64,000 nt of DNA, taken from positions 156,862,001 to 156,926,000 of the forward strand of contig CM059431.1 in NCBI GenBank assembly GCA_030390025.1. Reading direction: 5' to 3'. Positions within the stretch are counted from its first letter, which is position 1. Every line of letters begins with the position of its first letter. Position numbers and translations under genes: made by a program. Positions 24,701 to 39,099 of the stretch are shown in pieces. The stretch is from Squalus acanthias (Eukaryota). A model generated the notes under the pieces. The model was not told where the DNA came from. It saw only the letters and a list, made by a program, of their open reading frames with translations, and ran no database searches.

Positions 24701-26864
24701 TTATACAATATCTGATCTTGCACTGCCCATCGTCACCGAGTTACACACTGTCAGATTTCAATGGGCCCGTCGTCGTTATATTCTTAAATATTGTCTGATT
24801 TCATTTGGCCCATGCTCCCCGGGTTACACACTGTCTCATGTCACTGGGCCCATTGTTCCTTAGTTACAAATTTTCTGATCTCACTGGGCACAGCATCCAT
24901 GGTTTACACACTGTCTGGCCTAATTTTGCCCAACTTCCATGTGTTGCACACTGCCTGATCTCACTGGTCCCATCCTCCGGAGTTAGACACATTCTGATCT
25001 CACTGGGACCATGCTCCCAGGGTTACAAACTGTCTGATCTCACTGGGCCCATCCTCCGCGGATTACACACTGTCTGATCTCACTGGGCCCATCCTTCCCG
25101 GGATAAACACTTTATGATCTCACTGGGCCCATCTTTCCCGGTTTATACACTTTATGGTCTCAATGGGCCCACCCTCCCCAGGTTACAGACTGTCCGATCT
25201 CACTGGGCTAATTTTTCCTTTTTTACACATTGCCTGATCTCTCTGGGATCATTACGCAATTTCTGCATCACTGGAAAAATCCTCCCCGGGTTTAACACTT
25301 TCTGATATCCCTGGGCCTTTCCTCCTCGGGTTACACACAGTCTGAAGTCATTGGTGCCAACCTCCCCCGGTTGAAAACAGCCTGATTTAACTGACACATC
25401 CTCCCCGGGTTACACACAGCCTGATCTCAATGGGCTCATCCTCCGGGTTTACATTCTGTCTGATCACACTGGGTCCAACCTCCCCGGGTTACACAATGTC
25501 TGATCTCAGTGGACCCATCCGCCCCGGGTTACACACTGTCTGATCTCACTGGGTCCAGCCTTCCCGGGGTTACACACTGTCTGATCTCACTGGACCCATT
25601 CTTCCCAGGTTACACACTGTCCAATCTCACTAGGACCATCCTCCCCGGGTTACACACACTTTCTGATTTCATTGTACCCATCCTCGCCGGATAATAGTCT
25701 GTCCGATCTCACTGAGCCCATCCTCCCCTTTGTTATTCATTGTTTGGCCTCATTCACACCATCCTCCGCAGGTTACAGACTGTCTGATTTCACTGGGCCC
25801 ATTCTCCCAGGGATACAAGCTGATTGTTCTACTTGGGCCTATCCTCCCGGGGTTACGCACAGTCTGATCTCACTACGTCCATCCTCTCCAGTAACATTCT
25901 GTTTGATATCACTGGGCCCATCCACCCCGGGTAATACACTGTCTGATCTCACTGGGACCATCCTTCCGGGATTCACACAGTATTATCTCATTGGGCCCCT
26001 CCTCCCCGGTCTAAGGGTTACACACTGACTTTTCTCACTGGGTCCATCTTCCCCTGATTACTCACTTTCTGATCTCACCGGGCCCATCCTCACCTGGCTA
26101 TACACTGTCTGCTCTCACTGGGCCCATCCACCCCGGGTTACGCAAAGTCTGACCACACTGGGCCCATCCTCCCCGGTTACACACTGTCTGATCTCACTAG
26201 ACCCCCCCTTAAGGGTTGCCCGCTCTCTGTTCTCAATGGGCACAACCTCCCGGGTTTCAAACTGTCTGATCTCACTGGGTCCGTCATCCCAGGTTTACAC
26301 ACAGTCTGATCTCAGTGTGCCCCTCCTTCCCCGGTTACACACTCTCTGCTCTCACTGGACCCAACCTCTACGGATTATACACTGTCTGTTCTCATTGGGC
26401 CCATCCACCCCGGGTTACACGCTGTGTGATCTCACTGGCTCCAACCTGCACTGGTTACACAATGTCTGATCTCACTGGACACATCTTCCCGGGATTATAC
26501 ACTGACTGGTCTCACTGGGCACATCTTCTCTTTGTTACAACTTGTCTGTTTTCACTGGGGCCATCCACCCCGTGTGACAAACTGTTTGATCTCACTGGGC
26601 CATTATCCCCGGGTTACAGACTGTCTGATCTCACTGGACCCATCGTCCCCGGGTTACACGCTGTATGATCTCACTGGGCACATCCTCCCCTGGTTACATA
26701 CCGTCTGCTCTCACTGGAACCATCCTCTCCGGATTACACACTGTCTGATCTCTCTGGGCCCATCCTCCCCATTTTACACACTTTCTGATCTCACTGGGCC
26801 CAGCCTCCCGGGATACACACTGTATTATCTCACTGGGCCTCTCCTCCCCGGGCTACACACTGTC

Positions 26865-27110
26865 TAAGAACATAAGAACATAAGAAATAGGAGCAGGAGT
26901 AGGCCAATCGGCCCTTCGAGCCTGCTCCGCCATTCAATAAGATCATGGCTGATCTGATCCTCACCTCAAATCTAAAGAGCACAAGAAGTAGGAGCAGGAC
27001 CCGGCCACTCAGCCCCTGGGCCCGCTACGCCACCCACAGGGCCGCGACCGATCCGAACTCAGCGTCATGTCCAATTTCCTGCCCATAACCCCTAATTCCC
27101 TTTACTTCTT
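26865..27110 (-). mobile_element. Short 3' fragment of the same CR1 family as 358-4542, inserted in the satellite
   Basis: Near-identical to 362-612, including the tail and the doubled 3' module. Confidence 0.93.
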
Positions 27111-27866
27111 GTCTCTCACTAGACTCATCCTCTACGAGTTTCTAACTGTCTGCTCTCACTGTGCTCATCCTCCCCGGATTATAAACTGTCTGATTTCACT
27201 GAACCCATCCTCCCCGGGTTCAAGACTGTCTGTGCTCACTGGGCCCATCCTCCCCTTTTTTATACACTGTTTTGTATCATTCGCCCTTTCCTCACCGTTT
27301 TAAAGACTGTCTGATCTCACTGGGTCAATCTTCCCGCGTTACGCACTGTCTGATCTCACTGGGCCCCTTCTCCCCGGGTTACCAAATGTCTGATCTCACT
27401 GGAACAACCCTCTACGGTTTGGACACTGTCTGATCTCACTGGGCCCATCCTCCCGGGATACAAACTGTATTATCTCACTGGGCCTCTCCTCCCCGGGCTA
27501 CGCGCGTTCTGCTCTCACCAGACTCAACCTCCACGGTTTTCACACTCTCTCCTCTCAACGTGCTCATCCCCCCCGGATTAAGCACTGTCTGATCTCAGTG
27601 GGAACATCCTCCCCTTGTTACACACTGCCAAATCTCCCTGGGAACATCCTCCACGGATTTCACATTGTCTGATTTCACTGTACCCATCCTCCCCGGGTTA
27701 CACACTGTCTGATCTCAGTGGGGCCCTCCTCCCCGGGAGAGAAACTGTCTGCTTTCACTGGACCCATCCGCTGCGGATTATACACGCTCCGATCTCACTG
27801 GGCCCATACTCCCCGGTTTACACATTGTCTGATCCGACTGTGTCAATGCTTTCCGGGTAACACAAT

Positions 27867-28606
27867 GGCCCAGAAATTAAAGACTGAGTGTTGACGCGGG
27901 GATAAGGCTTCCCGCGATCTCTCACTCCGCGTTGGCTTTTTCAGATCCAGCTCGCACGAACTTGATGTTCTGGACATGAGCTGGGCAGTGCTTGCGTATC
28001 CCACCGGCCTAGTGAATTCGTGCGAGTTGTGGGATCACGTGACTCAGTTAGAGCCAATGGCAGCACACCATCTTCCATTCATAAGTTTCACGTACGTGAT
28101 GTGAAAGCTATGAATCTTACACGCACCCAAAATATCAGCTAAACCTCAATTAAATTAAAAAAAAACATCACATTATTAAAATAAGTATAGTTAAATAAAT
28201 TAACCATTTTAAATAAAAAATTTAATATTTGAAAAAATTTAAAATCTTTTAAAAAGTTATAAAAATAAACTTACCTGTCTTTAAAGTCTCTAAAAAAGAT
28301 ATAACTGTTAAAAAAAATTCAAAATAATACTTAATTCATTACTTACCTTGTTAAAAGTGGGTCTTACTCCTCCTTTTTTCATTTCTAAAATCTACCGTCC
28401 TTACCTGCGCGTCCAAAGCACGAAGTGCACAGCGTGCGCGCAGCCTGTAGCGCGCACGCGGTGCATCGAGGAACCGCCCCCTTTTCCTAAAACCAAGTGC
28501 CGGTTTTCAGCGCATGCGCAGTGCATGCAGAAAACCGGCAATTGGTGACAGAATACGCGAGAGTACACAGTGCGTACTCTCGCGTCGCGGGACTAATTTT
28601 TGGGCC
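27867..28606. mobile_element. MITE (PIF/Harbinger-like), 740 bp, inserted in the satellite
   Basis: TIRs GGCCCAGAAATTA...TAATTTTTGGGCC; AAT TSD at 27864-27866 and 28607-28609; removing it restores a satellite monomer. Confidence 0.92.
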
Positions 28607-31600
28607 AATGTCTGATCTCACTGGACCCATCCTCCCCGCGCTACACACTGCATGGTCTCACTGGCCTAATCTTCCCTTTGTTACACCTTGCCTGTTATCA
28701 CTGGGCACTTCCTCCCCGGGTTACACACCGTCTGCTTTAACTGGGCCCATCATCTACGGGTTACACACTGTATGGTCACGCTGGACTCAACATCCCCGGG
28801 TTATACCCTTTCTGATCTCAGTAGGCCCCTCCTCACCGGGTTACACACTCTGTAATCTCAATGGACGCATCCTCAACAGGTTACACACTGTCTGCTGTCT
28901 CTGGGCCTATCCTCCCAGGATTATAAACTGTTTGATTTCATTGGTCCCATCCTCACCGGTTTAGAAACTGTCTGATCTCACTGGGTCCTTCAAACCCGGG
29001 TTACCCACAGTCTGATCTAAGTGGGCCCCTGCTTCCCAGGTTACAAACTCTCTGCTGTCACTGGACCCATCCTCTACGGGTTACACACTGTCTGTTCTCA
29101 TTGGGCCCATCCCCCCCCCGGGTTACACGCTGTCAGATCTCACTGGACCAATCGTCCCCGGGATACACAACGCCTGATCTCAATGGAACCATCCTCCCCG
29201 GGTTAAACACTGTCTGTTCTCACTGGCTCCAACCTGCCCTGGTTCCACAATGTCTGATCTCACTGGACTCATCCTCCCCGGATTATACAATGACTGGTGT
29301 CACTGGGCACATTCCTCCCTTTGTTACACCTTGTCTGTTTTCACTGTGCCCATCCTCCCCGTTTTACACACTATCTGATCTCACTGGGCCCATCCTCCCT
29401 GGATACACACTGTATTATCTCACTGGGCCTCTCCTCCCCGGGCTACACACTGTCTGCTCTCACTAGACTGATCCTCTGAGGTTTTCTCACTGTCTGCTCT
29501 CACTGTGCTCATCCTCCCTGGATTACAAACTGTCTGATTTCACTGAACCCATCCTCCTCGGATTCAAGACGGTCTGTGCTCACTGGGCCCATCCTCCCCT
29601 TTGTTATACACTGTTTTGTATCATTCGCCCTTTCCTCACCGGTATAAAGACTGTCTGATCTAACTGGGCCAATCTTCCCGCGTTACGCACTGTCTGACCA
29701 CACAGGGCCCCTTCTCCCGGGATACACACTGTCTGCTCTAACTGGGCACAACCTCCACGGGTTCAACACTCTCTCCTCTCATCGTGCTCATCCACCCCGG
29801 ATTACACACTGTCAGATCTCCCTGTGAACATCCTCCCCGGGTTACACACTGTCTAATCTCAGTGGGAACCTCCTCCCCGGGAGAGACACTGTCTGCTTTC
29901 ACTGGGCCCATCCGCTCCGGATTATAAACGCTCTGAGCTCACTGCGCCCATCCTCCCCGGTTTACACACTATCGGATCTCACTGGGTCAATGCTCTCCGG
30001 GTTACACAATGTCTGATCTCACTGGACCCATCCTCCACGCGTTTCACACTGCATGATCTCACATATCTAATCTTCCCTTTGATACACCTTGTCTGATTTC
30101 ACTGGGCCCATCCTCACCGTGTCATACACTGTCTGTTATCACTGGACACTTCATCCCCGTGTTTGACACTGTCTGATCTCACTGGGCCCATCCTCCCCGG
30201 GTTACACACCGTCTGCTTTCATTGTCCCATCATCTATGGGTTACACACTGTATGATCGCGCTGGGCTCTACATCCCCAGGTTAAACACTTTCTGATCTCA
30301 GTTGTCCCCTCCTCACCAGTTGACACACTCTCTACTCTAAATGGACGCATCCTCTACGGGTTGCACGCTATCTGTTCTCACTGGGCACAACCTCCACGTT
30401 TACAAACTGTCTGATCTCACTGAGCCCATCCTCCCCGGGTTACACACTGTCTGATAACACTGGGCCAATGTTCCCCGGGTTACACACTGTCTGATCTCAT
30501 GGGCCCATCATCATCGGGATACACACTGTCTGATCTCACTGGCCCATCGTCCCCGTGAAAGACAACGTCTGATATCAATGGACCCATCCACCCCGTGTTA
30601 CACGCTGTCTGATCTCACTGGGCCCATCCTCCCCGGGTTACACACTGTCTGATCTCACTGGGCAAATACTCCCCGGGTTACACACTGTCTGATCTCACTG
30701 GGCAAATACTCCCCGGGTTACACACCGTCTGCTCTCACTGGGCCCATCCTCCCCTTTGTTATACACTGTTTAGTGTTATTCGCCATTCATCACCGGTATA
30801 AAGACTGTCTGATCTCACTGGGCACATCTTCCCGCGTCACACACTGTCTGATCTCAATGTGCACATCCTCCGCGGCTTATACACTGTCTGCTGTCACTGG
30901 GCCCATTCTCCCCGGGTTACAAATTGTCTGATCTCACTGGACCCACCCTCTACGGTTTGCAAACTGTCTGATCTCACTGTGCCCATCCTCCCGGGATACA
31001 CACTGTATTATCTCACTGGGCCTCTCCTCCCCGGGCTACACACTGTCTGCTCTCACTAGAATTATCCTCTCCGGATTTCACACTGTCTGATCTCACTGGG
31101 CCATCCTCCCCTTGTTACACACTCGCAGATCTCCCTGGGACCTTCCTTCCTGGGTTTCACTTTGTCTGATTTCACTGTAACAATCCTCCCCGAGTTACAG
31201 ACTGTCTGATATCCCTGGGCCCATCATCCCAGGGTTACACACTGCCTGATCTCACTGGGTACATCCTCTCCGGGAGAGACACTGTCTGCTTTCACTGGGC
31301 TCATCATCTCCGGATTACACACTGTCTGATCTCCCTGGGTCAATGCTCTCCGGTTTACACAATGTCTGATCTCACAGGTCTAATCCTCGCTTTGTTACCC
31401 CTTGTCTGTTTTCACTGGGCGAATCCTCCCCCTTGTTATACACTGCTTGTTATCAATTGGCGTTTTCTCCCCGTGTTACACACTGTCTGATCTCATTGGG
31501 CCCATCCTCCCCGGTTTAAACACCGTCTGCTTTCACTGGGCCCATCATCTACGGGTTAAACACTGTATGATCTCGCTGGACGCAACATCCCCGGGTTACA

Positions 31601-34600
31601 CACTTTCTGATCTCAGTGGGCCCCTCCTCACCGGATTACATGCTCTCTATTCTCAATGGATCAATCCTCAACGGGTTACACACTGTCTGCTCTCACTGGG
31701 CCGATCCTCCCATGATTATAAACTGTATGATTTCATTGAGCCGATCCACCCCGGTTTAGACACTGTCTGATCTCACTGGGCCCAGCCTCCCCGTGTTGCA
31801 CACTGTGAGATCTCACTGGGTCCAAGCTGCCCTCGTTACACAATGTCAGATCTCACTGGACACATCCTCCCTTTGTTACAACTTGACTGTTTTCACTGGG
31901 CCCATATTCCCCGTGTTACACACAGCCTGATCACACACGGCCATCATCCCCGGTTTACTCACTGTGTATCACTCTGGATCCATCCTCCCCGGGAACATTC
32001 TGTCTGATCGCAATGGGCTCATCCTCCCCGGGTTACACACTGACTGCTCTCACTGGGTCCATCCTTTACGGGTTACACATCGCCTGATCTCACTGGACCC
32101 ATCCTCCCCGGGGTACTTGCTGTCTGATCTCACTGGACACATCCTCCCCGGATTATACAATGACTGGTCTCACTGGGCACATTCCTCCCTTTGTTACAAC
32201 TTGTCTGTTTTCACTGTGCCCATCCTCCCCGTTTTACACACTATCTGAACCCACTGGGCCCATCCTCCCGGGATACACACTGTATTATCTCACTGGGCCT
32301 GTCCTCCCCGGGCTACACACTGTCTGCTCTCACTAGACTCATCCTCTGCGGGTTTCTCACTGTCTGCTCTCACTGTGCTCATCCTCCCCGGATTACAAAC
32401 TGTCTGATTTCACTGAACCCATCCTCCCCGGGTTCAAGGACTGTCTGTGCTCACTGGGCCCATCCTCCCCTTTGTTATACACTGTTTTGTATCATTCGCC
32501 CTTTCCTCACCGGTATAAAGACTGTCTGATCTCACTGGGCCAATCTTCCCGCGTTACGCACTGTCTGACCTCACTGGGCCCCTTCTCCCGGGATGCACAC
32601 TGGCTGCTCTCACGAGACACATCCTCCACGGATTCCACACTCTCTCCTCTCATCGTGGTATCCTCCCCGGATTACACACTATCAGATCTCCCTGGGAACA
32701 TCCTCCCCGGGTTACACACTGTCTGATCTCAGAGGGAATCTGCTCCCCGGGAGAGACACTGACTGCTTTCAATGGGCCCATCCGCTCCGGATTATAAACG
32801 CTCTGATCTCACTGCGCCCATCCTCCCCGGTTTACACACTATCGGATCTCACTGGGTCAATGCTCTCCGGGTTACACAATGTCTGATCTCACTGGACCCA
32901 TCTTCCACGGGTTACACACTGCATGATCTCACATATCTAATCTTCCCTTTGTTACACCTTGTCTGATTTCACTGGGCCCATCCTCCCCGTGTTGTACACT
33001 GTCTGTTATCACTGGACACTTCATCCTCGTGTTTGACACTGTCTGATTTCACTGGGCCCATCCTCCCCGGATTACACACCGTCTGCTTTCATTAGGCCCA
33101 TCATCTATGGGTTTCACACTGTATGAGCGCGCTGGGCTCTACATCCCCTGGTTAAACACTTTATGATCTCAGTGGGCCCCTCCTCACCGGGTGACACACT
33201 CTGTACTCTAAATGGACGCATTCTCTACGGGTTACCCACTGTCTGCTCTCACTGGCCCTAACCTCCCAGGATTATAAACTGTCTGATTTCTTTGGTCCCA
33301 TCCTCCCCGGTTTAGACACTGACTGATCTCACTGCGTCCTTCAAACCCGGCTTACACAAAGTCTGATCTCAGTGGGCCCCTGCTTCCCGGGTTACACACT
33401 CTCTGCTGTCACTGGACCAATCCTCTACGGGTTGCACACTGTCTGTTCTCATTGGGCCCATCCTCCCCGGGTTACACGCTGTCAGATCTCACTGGCTCCA
33501 ACCTGCCCTGGTTACACAATGTCTGATCTCACTGGACACGTCCTCCCGGATTATACACTGACTGATCTCACTGGGCACATCATCCCTTTTTTACAACTTG
33601 CCCGTTTTCACTGCGCCCAACCTCCCCGTGTTACACACTGCCTGATCTCACTGGGCCATCATTTCCGGATTACAAACTGTCTGTTCTCAGTGGACCCATC
33701 CTCCCCGGGTTACACGTTGTCTGATCTCACTGGGCACATACGCCCCGGTTTACACACTGTCTGCTCTCACTGCACCAATCTTCTCCGAATTATACACAGT
33801 CTGATCTCACTGAGCCCATCTTCCCGTGTTACACCCTGTCTGATCTCAATCTGCCTATCCTCCGCGCGTTATAAACGGTCTGCTCTCACTAGACCCACCC
33901 TCTACGGGTTGCACGCTATCTGTTCTCACTGGGCCCAACCTCCCGGTTTACAAACTGTCTGATCTTACTGAGCCCAACCTCCCCGGGTTACACACTGTCT
34001 GATCACACTGGGCCCATCCTCCCCGGGTTACACACTGTCTGATCAAACTGGGCCCCTCCTCCCCGGGTTACGCACTGTCTGATCACACTGGGCCCATCCT
34101 CCCCGGGTAACACACTGTCGGATCTCACTGGGCCCATCGGCCCCGGGAAAGACAACGCCTGATCTCAATGGAACCATCCACGCCGGGTTACACACTGTCT
34201 GATCTCACTAGGCCCATCCTCCCCTTTGTTATACACTGTTTAGTGTTATTCGCCATTTCCTCACCGGTATAAAGACTGTCTGATCTCACTGGGCACATCT
34301 TCCCGCGTCACACACTGTCTGATCTCAATGTGCACATCCTCCGCGGCTTAAACACTGTCTGCTCTCACTGGGCCCATTCTCCCCGGGTTACAAATTGTCT
34401 GATATCACTGGACCCACCCTCTACGGTTTGCACAATGTCTGATCTCACTGTGCCCATCCTCCCGGGATACACACTGTATTATCTCACTGGGCCTCTCCTC
34501 CCCGGGCTACACACTGTTTGCTCTCACGAGACTTATCCTCTCCGGATTACACACTATCTGATCTCACTGGGCACATCCTCCACTTGTTACACACTCTCAG

Positions 34601-36565
34601 ATCTCCCTGGGAACATCCTCCCCGGGTATCACTTTGTCTGATTTCACTGTACCCATCATCGCCGAGTTACAGACTGTCTGATATCCCTGGACCCATCATC
34701 CCAGGGTTACACACTGCCTGATCTCACTCGGTCCATCCTCCCCGGGAGAGACACTGTCTGCTTTCACTGGGCTCATCCTCTCCGGATTATACACGCTCTG
34801 ATCTAACTGGGCCCATCCTCTCCGGTTTACACACTGTCTGATCTCCCTGGGTCATTGCTCTCCGGGTTACACAATGTTTGATCTCACTGGACGCATCCTC
34901 CCCGCGATACACATTGCCTGATCTCACTGGTCTAATCCTCCCTTTGTTGCCCTTGTCTGTTTTCACTGGGCGAATCGTCCCCCTTGTTATACACTGCCTG
35001 TTATCAATGGGCCTTATCTCCCCGTGTTACGCACTGTCTGATCTCATTGGGCCCATCCTCCCCGGGTTAAACACCGTCTGCTTTCACTGGGCCCATCAAC
35101 TACGGGTTAAACACTGTATGATCTCGCTGGACACAACATCACCGGATTACACACTCTCTACTCTCAATGGATCAATCCTCAACGGGTTACACACTGTCTG
35201 CTCTCACTGGGTCTATCCTCCCATGATTATAAACTGTATGATTTCATTGGGCCCATCCAACCCGGTTCAGACACTGTCAGTTCTCACTGGGCCCTTCCTC
35301 CCCGTGTTGCACACTGTCAGATCTCACTGGGTCCAAACTGCCCTCGTTACACAATGTCTGATCTCACTGGACACATCATCCCTTTGTTACAACTTGTCTG
35401 TTTTCACTGGGCCCATATTCCCCGTGTTACACTCATCCTTATCTCACAGGGCCATCATCCCCGGGTTACTCACTGTGTATCGCTCATATTCCATCCTCCC
35501 CGGGAACATACTGTCTGATCGCAATGGGCTCATCCTCCCCGGGTTACACACTGACTGCTCTCACTGGGACCACTCTCGTCGGGTTACACACTGTGTGATC
35601 TCACTGGGCCCATCCTCCCCGGGTTACACACTGCACTCTCTTACAGGGCCCATCCTCACCGGGTTACACATCGTCTGATCTCACTGGAGCCATCCTCCCC
35701 GGGTTACTCGCTGTCTGATCTCACTGGACCCATCCTCCACGGTTTATACACCGTCTGCTCTCACTGGGCCCATCATCTCCGGATTACACACTGTCTGATC
35801 TCACTAGGCCCATCCTCCCCGAGTTACACACTGTCTGATACCACTGGGCCGATCCTCCCCGAGTGACACACTGTCTGCTTACACTGGACACATCCTCCAG
35901 GAGTTACACACTGTCTGATCCCACAGGGGCCATCCTCCCCGGGTTATACACTGTCTGCTCTCACTGGGCCCATCCTCCCCGGTTTCGCCACTATCAGATC
36001 TCACTGGGTCCAAACCTTCCCTCGTTACACAATGTCTGGTCTCACTGGACACCTTCTCCCCGGATTACACTCGGCCTGATCTCACTGGGCACATCCTCCC
36101 TTTGTTACAACTTGTCGCTTTTCACTGGGCCCACTTCTCCCGTGTTACAGACTGTCTGATCTCACTGGACTATCATCCCCGGGTGACACCCTGTCTGATT
36201 TCACTGTACCCATACCCCCCCGGTTACAGACTGTCTGATCTCACTGGGCCCATCTTCCCGGGGTTAAAACTGATTGTTCTCGTTGGGCCCATCCTCCCGC
36301 GGTTTCACGCTTGTCAGATCTCACTGGTCCATCCTCCCCGGGTTACACACAGTCTGATCTCACTGAGCCCATCCTCCCCGGGTTGCACACTGTCTGATCT
36401 CACTGTACCCACCCGCTCCGGTTTATACACTGTCTGATCACACTGAACCCACCTTCTACAGGTTGCACGCTGTCTTATCTCACTGGGCAAAACTGAACGG
36501 GTTAAACACTGTCTTATTTCACTGGGCGCATCATCCCCGGATTACACACTGTCTGATCTCACTGG

Positions 36566-36779
36566 TGAGAAGACGCACTACACCAGGTTATAGTCCAACA
36601 GTTTTATTTGAAATCACTAGCTTTCGGAGGTGCTGCTCCTTCGTCAGGTGAAGTCACCTGACGAAGGAGCAGCAGCTCCGAAAGCTTGTGATTTTAAATA
36701 AAACTGTTGGACTATAACCTGGTGTTGTGCGACTTCTCACTTTTGACCACCCCAGTCCAACACCGGCATCTCCGCATCA
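36566..36779. mobile_element. Palindromic Penelope-derived mini-insertion with hammerhead motifs on both strands
   Basis: About 87-bp inverted arms centred on 36652-36653, a 39-nt tail, and 12-bp TSD TGATCTCACTGG at 36554-36565 and 36780-36791. Confidence 0.88.
36651..36694 (+). ncRNA. Minimal type-I hammerhead ribozyme motif
   Basis: TCAC-CTGACGA-A-GGAGC-AGCA-GCTCC-GAAA-GCTT-GTGA. Confidence 0.78.
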
Positions 36780-38714
36780 TGATCTCACTGGGCCCATCCT
36801 CCTCGATTTACACACTGGGTGATCTCACTGGATCAATACTCACCGGGATACACACTGTCTGCGCTCTCTGGTTCCATCATTCCGGGATTATACACTGTCA
36901 GATCTCACTGGTCCCATCATCTACGGTTTCCACACCGTCTGCTGTCATTTGTCCCATCCTCCCCAGGTTTACACAATGTCTGATCTCAATGGACCCATCT
37001 TCCCCGGGTTACACACTGTATGATCTCAATGGACCCATCATCCCCGGGTTAAACACTGTCTAATTTCACTGGGCCTATTCTCCCCGGTTTACACACTGTC
37101 TATTTTCACTGGGCCTCCCCTCCCCTGGTTACACATTGTCTGATCTCAGTGGTTCCATCCTTCCCGGGTAACACACACTCTCTGATCTCACTGGGCCTAT
37201 CCTACCCGGGTTACACACTGTCTGATCTCACTGGTCCCGTCCTCCACGGGTTACACACTGCGTGAACACACTGGACCAATCCTGACCGGGAATGCACTTT
37301 CTAATCTCACTGGGACACTCCTCCCCGGGTTAGGTACTGTCCGCTCTCATTGTAACCATCCTCTACGGGATACACACTGTCTGTTCTCACTGGGCCATCA
37401 CCCGGATTATGCACTGTCAAATCTTACTCGGTACATCCTCCCTGGGTTACACACTGCCTGATATCACAGTGCCCATCCTCCCTTTGTTACACCTTGTCTC
37501 TTTTCACTTGGCCCATCCATCCCGGGTTACACACTCTCTGATCTCTCTGGGCCCATCAACATCGGGATACACACTGTCTGATCTCACTGGGCCAAACTTC
37601 CCCGGGTTACACACTGTCTGATCTCACTGGGCCCATCCTCCCCGGGTTACACACTGCCTGATCTCACTGGGCCCATACTTCCCGGTTTAAACACTGTCTA
37701 ATCTCACTCATTCCATCCTCCCCGGGTTACACACTGTCTGATCACACTGGGCCCATCCTCCCCGGGTTACACACTGTCTGATCTCACTGGGTCCATCATC
37801 ATCGGGATACATACTGTCTGATCTCTGTGTGCCCCTCCTCCCCGGGTTACACACTGTCTGTTCTCACAGGACCCATGCTCTACGTGTAACACTTTGTCTG
37901 CTCTCAATGGGCCCAACTTCGCAGGTGTATACACTGTTGAATCTCACTGGTCCCATCCTCCCCGGATTACACACTGTTCGATCTGACCTGGTCCATTCTC
38001 CCGGGTTACAGACTGTCTGCTGTCACTGGAACAACCCACCCAGGGTTACACACTGTCTGATCTCACTGGGCCCATCCTCCCCTGGTTACAGACTCTCTGA
38101 TCTCACTGGACCAATCCATCCAGGGTTACACACTGTCTGATCTGACTGGGCCCATTCTCCACGAGTTACAGACTCTCTGATCTCACTGGACCCATCCACC
38201 CAGGGTTACACATTGTCTGATCTCACTGGAGCCATCCTCTCCGTGTTAGACCCTGCCTGATTTCACTGTGCCCATCCTCACTTTGTTACACATTGTCTGT
38301 TTTCAGTGAGCCCAACCTCTAAGGGATACACACTGTCTGGTCTCACTCGGCCATCACCCGAATTATGCACTGTCGGATCTCAAGAGGCCTATCCTCCCCG
38401 GGTTACAATCTGTCTGATCTCACAAGGCCGATCCTCCTCGGGTTACACTCTGTCTGATCACTTTGGGCCCAGCTTCCCCGGTTACACACTGCCTTTTCTC
38501 ACTGGGCCCATCCTCCCCTGTTTACACAATGTCTGATTTCACTGGATCAATCACCCCCGGGTTATACTCTGTCTGATCTCAGCTCCAGGGCTGTCTGTTT
38601 ACTTTTGAGATTTCCCTCCCGGCCGCCTGAGACTTCCGCATTGTCACTCATGTAGAATGAAACGCACAATTTTCTCAGCAAACTGCAGACTTACCGCCCC
38701 CCACTCTCCTTTCC

Positions 38715-39060
38715 CGTAGCATGCCTTGTATTATGGCCCGATTCAATCTATCTCCTGGTGTTTATATCCCGGACCATCACCTGTATTCTGACCCGGTTCA
38801 GTCCATCCCCTGGTGTTCATATCCCAGACAATCCCGTGTAATATGACCCGTCTCAGTACATTCCCTGGTGTATATTTCCCGGATCATGCCCTTTATTATG
38901 ATCCGGTTCAGTCCATTCACTGGGGATTTTATCCCGGCTCACCCCCTGTATTATGGCACAATTCAGTCCATTCCTTGCTTTTTAATAACGGACCATCCAC
39001 TAAATTATTAACCGCTCAATCGATTCCCTGGGGTTAATATTCCAGGCCAGCCCCTGTTCC
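38715..39060. repeat. 55-bp minisatellite, about six units (paralogue 49775-50060)
   Basis: CTGTATTCTGACCCGGTTCAGTCCATCCCCTGG... recurs at 38781, 38836, 38891 and 38946. Confidence 0.88.
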
Positions 39061-39099
39061 AATTTAAATCCCTCCCTGTGCAATATATTCTCTGGGCTA

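Larger units (their letters stand above)
19285..38580. repeat. 40-bp satellite array 1 (about 19.3 kb, roughly 450 monomers)
   Basis: Consensus CTGTCTGATCTCACTGGGCCCATCCTCCCCGGGTTACACA repeated head-to-tail, with three embedded insertions. Confidence 0.98.

Noticed and set aside
19285..38580. CRISPR-like appearance of the tandem arrays
   Set aside because: Monomers are contiguous with no unique spacers, there are no cas genes, and the context is vertebrate.
19285..38580. V(D)J recombination-signal heptamer-like GACAGTG/CCCAGTG on the minus strand
   Set aside because: The invariant CAC is usually absent and no ACAAAAACC nonamer follows at 12 or 23 nt.
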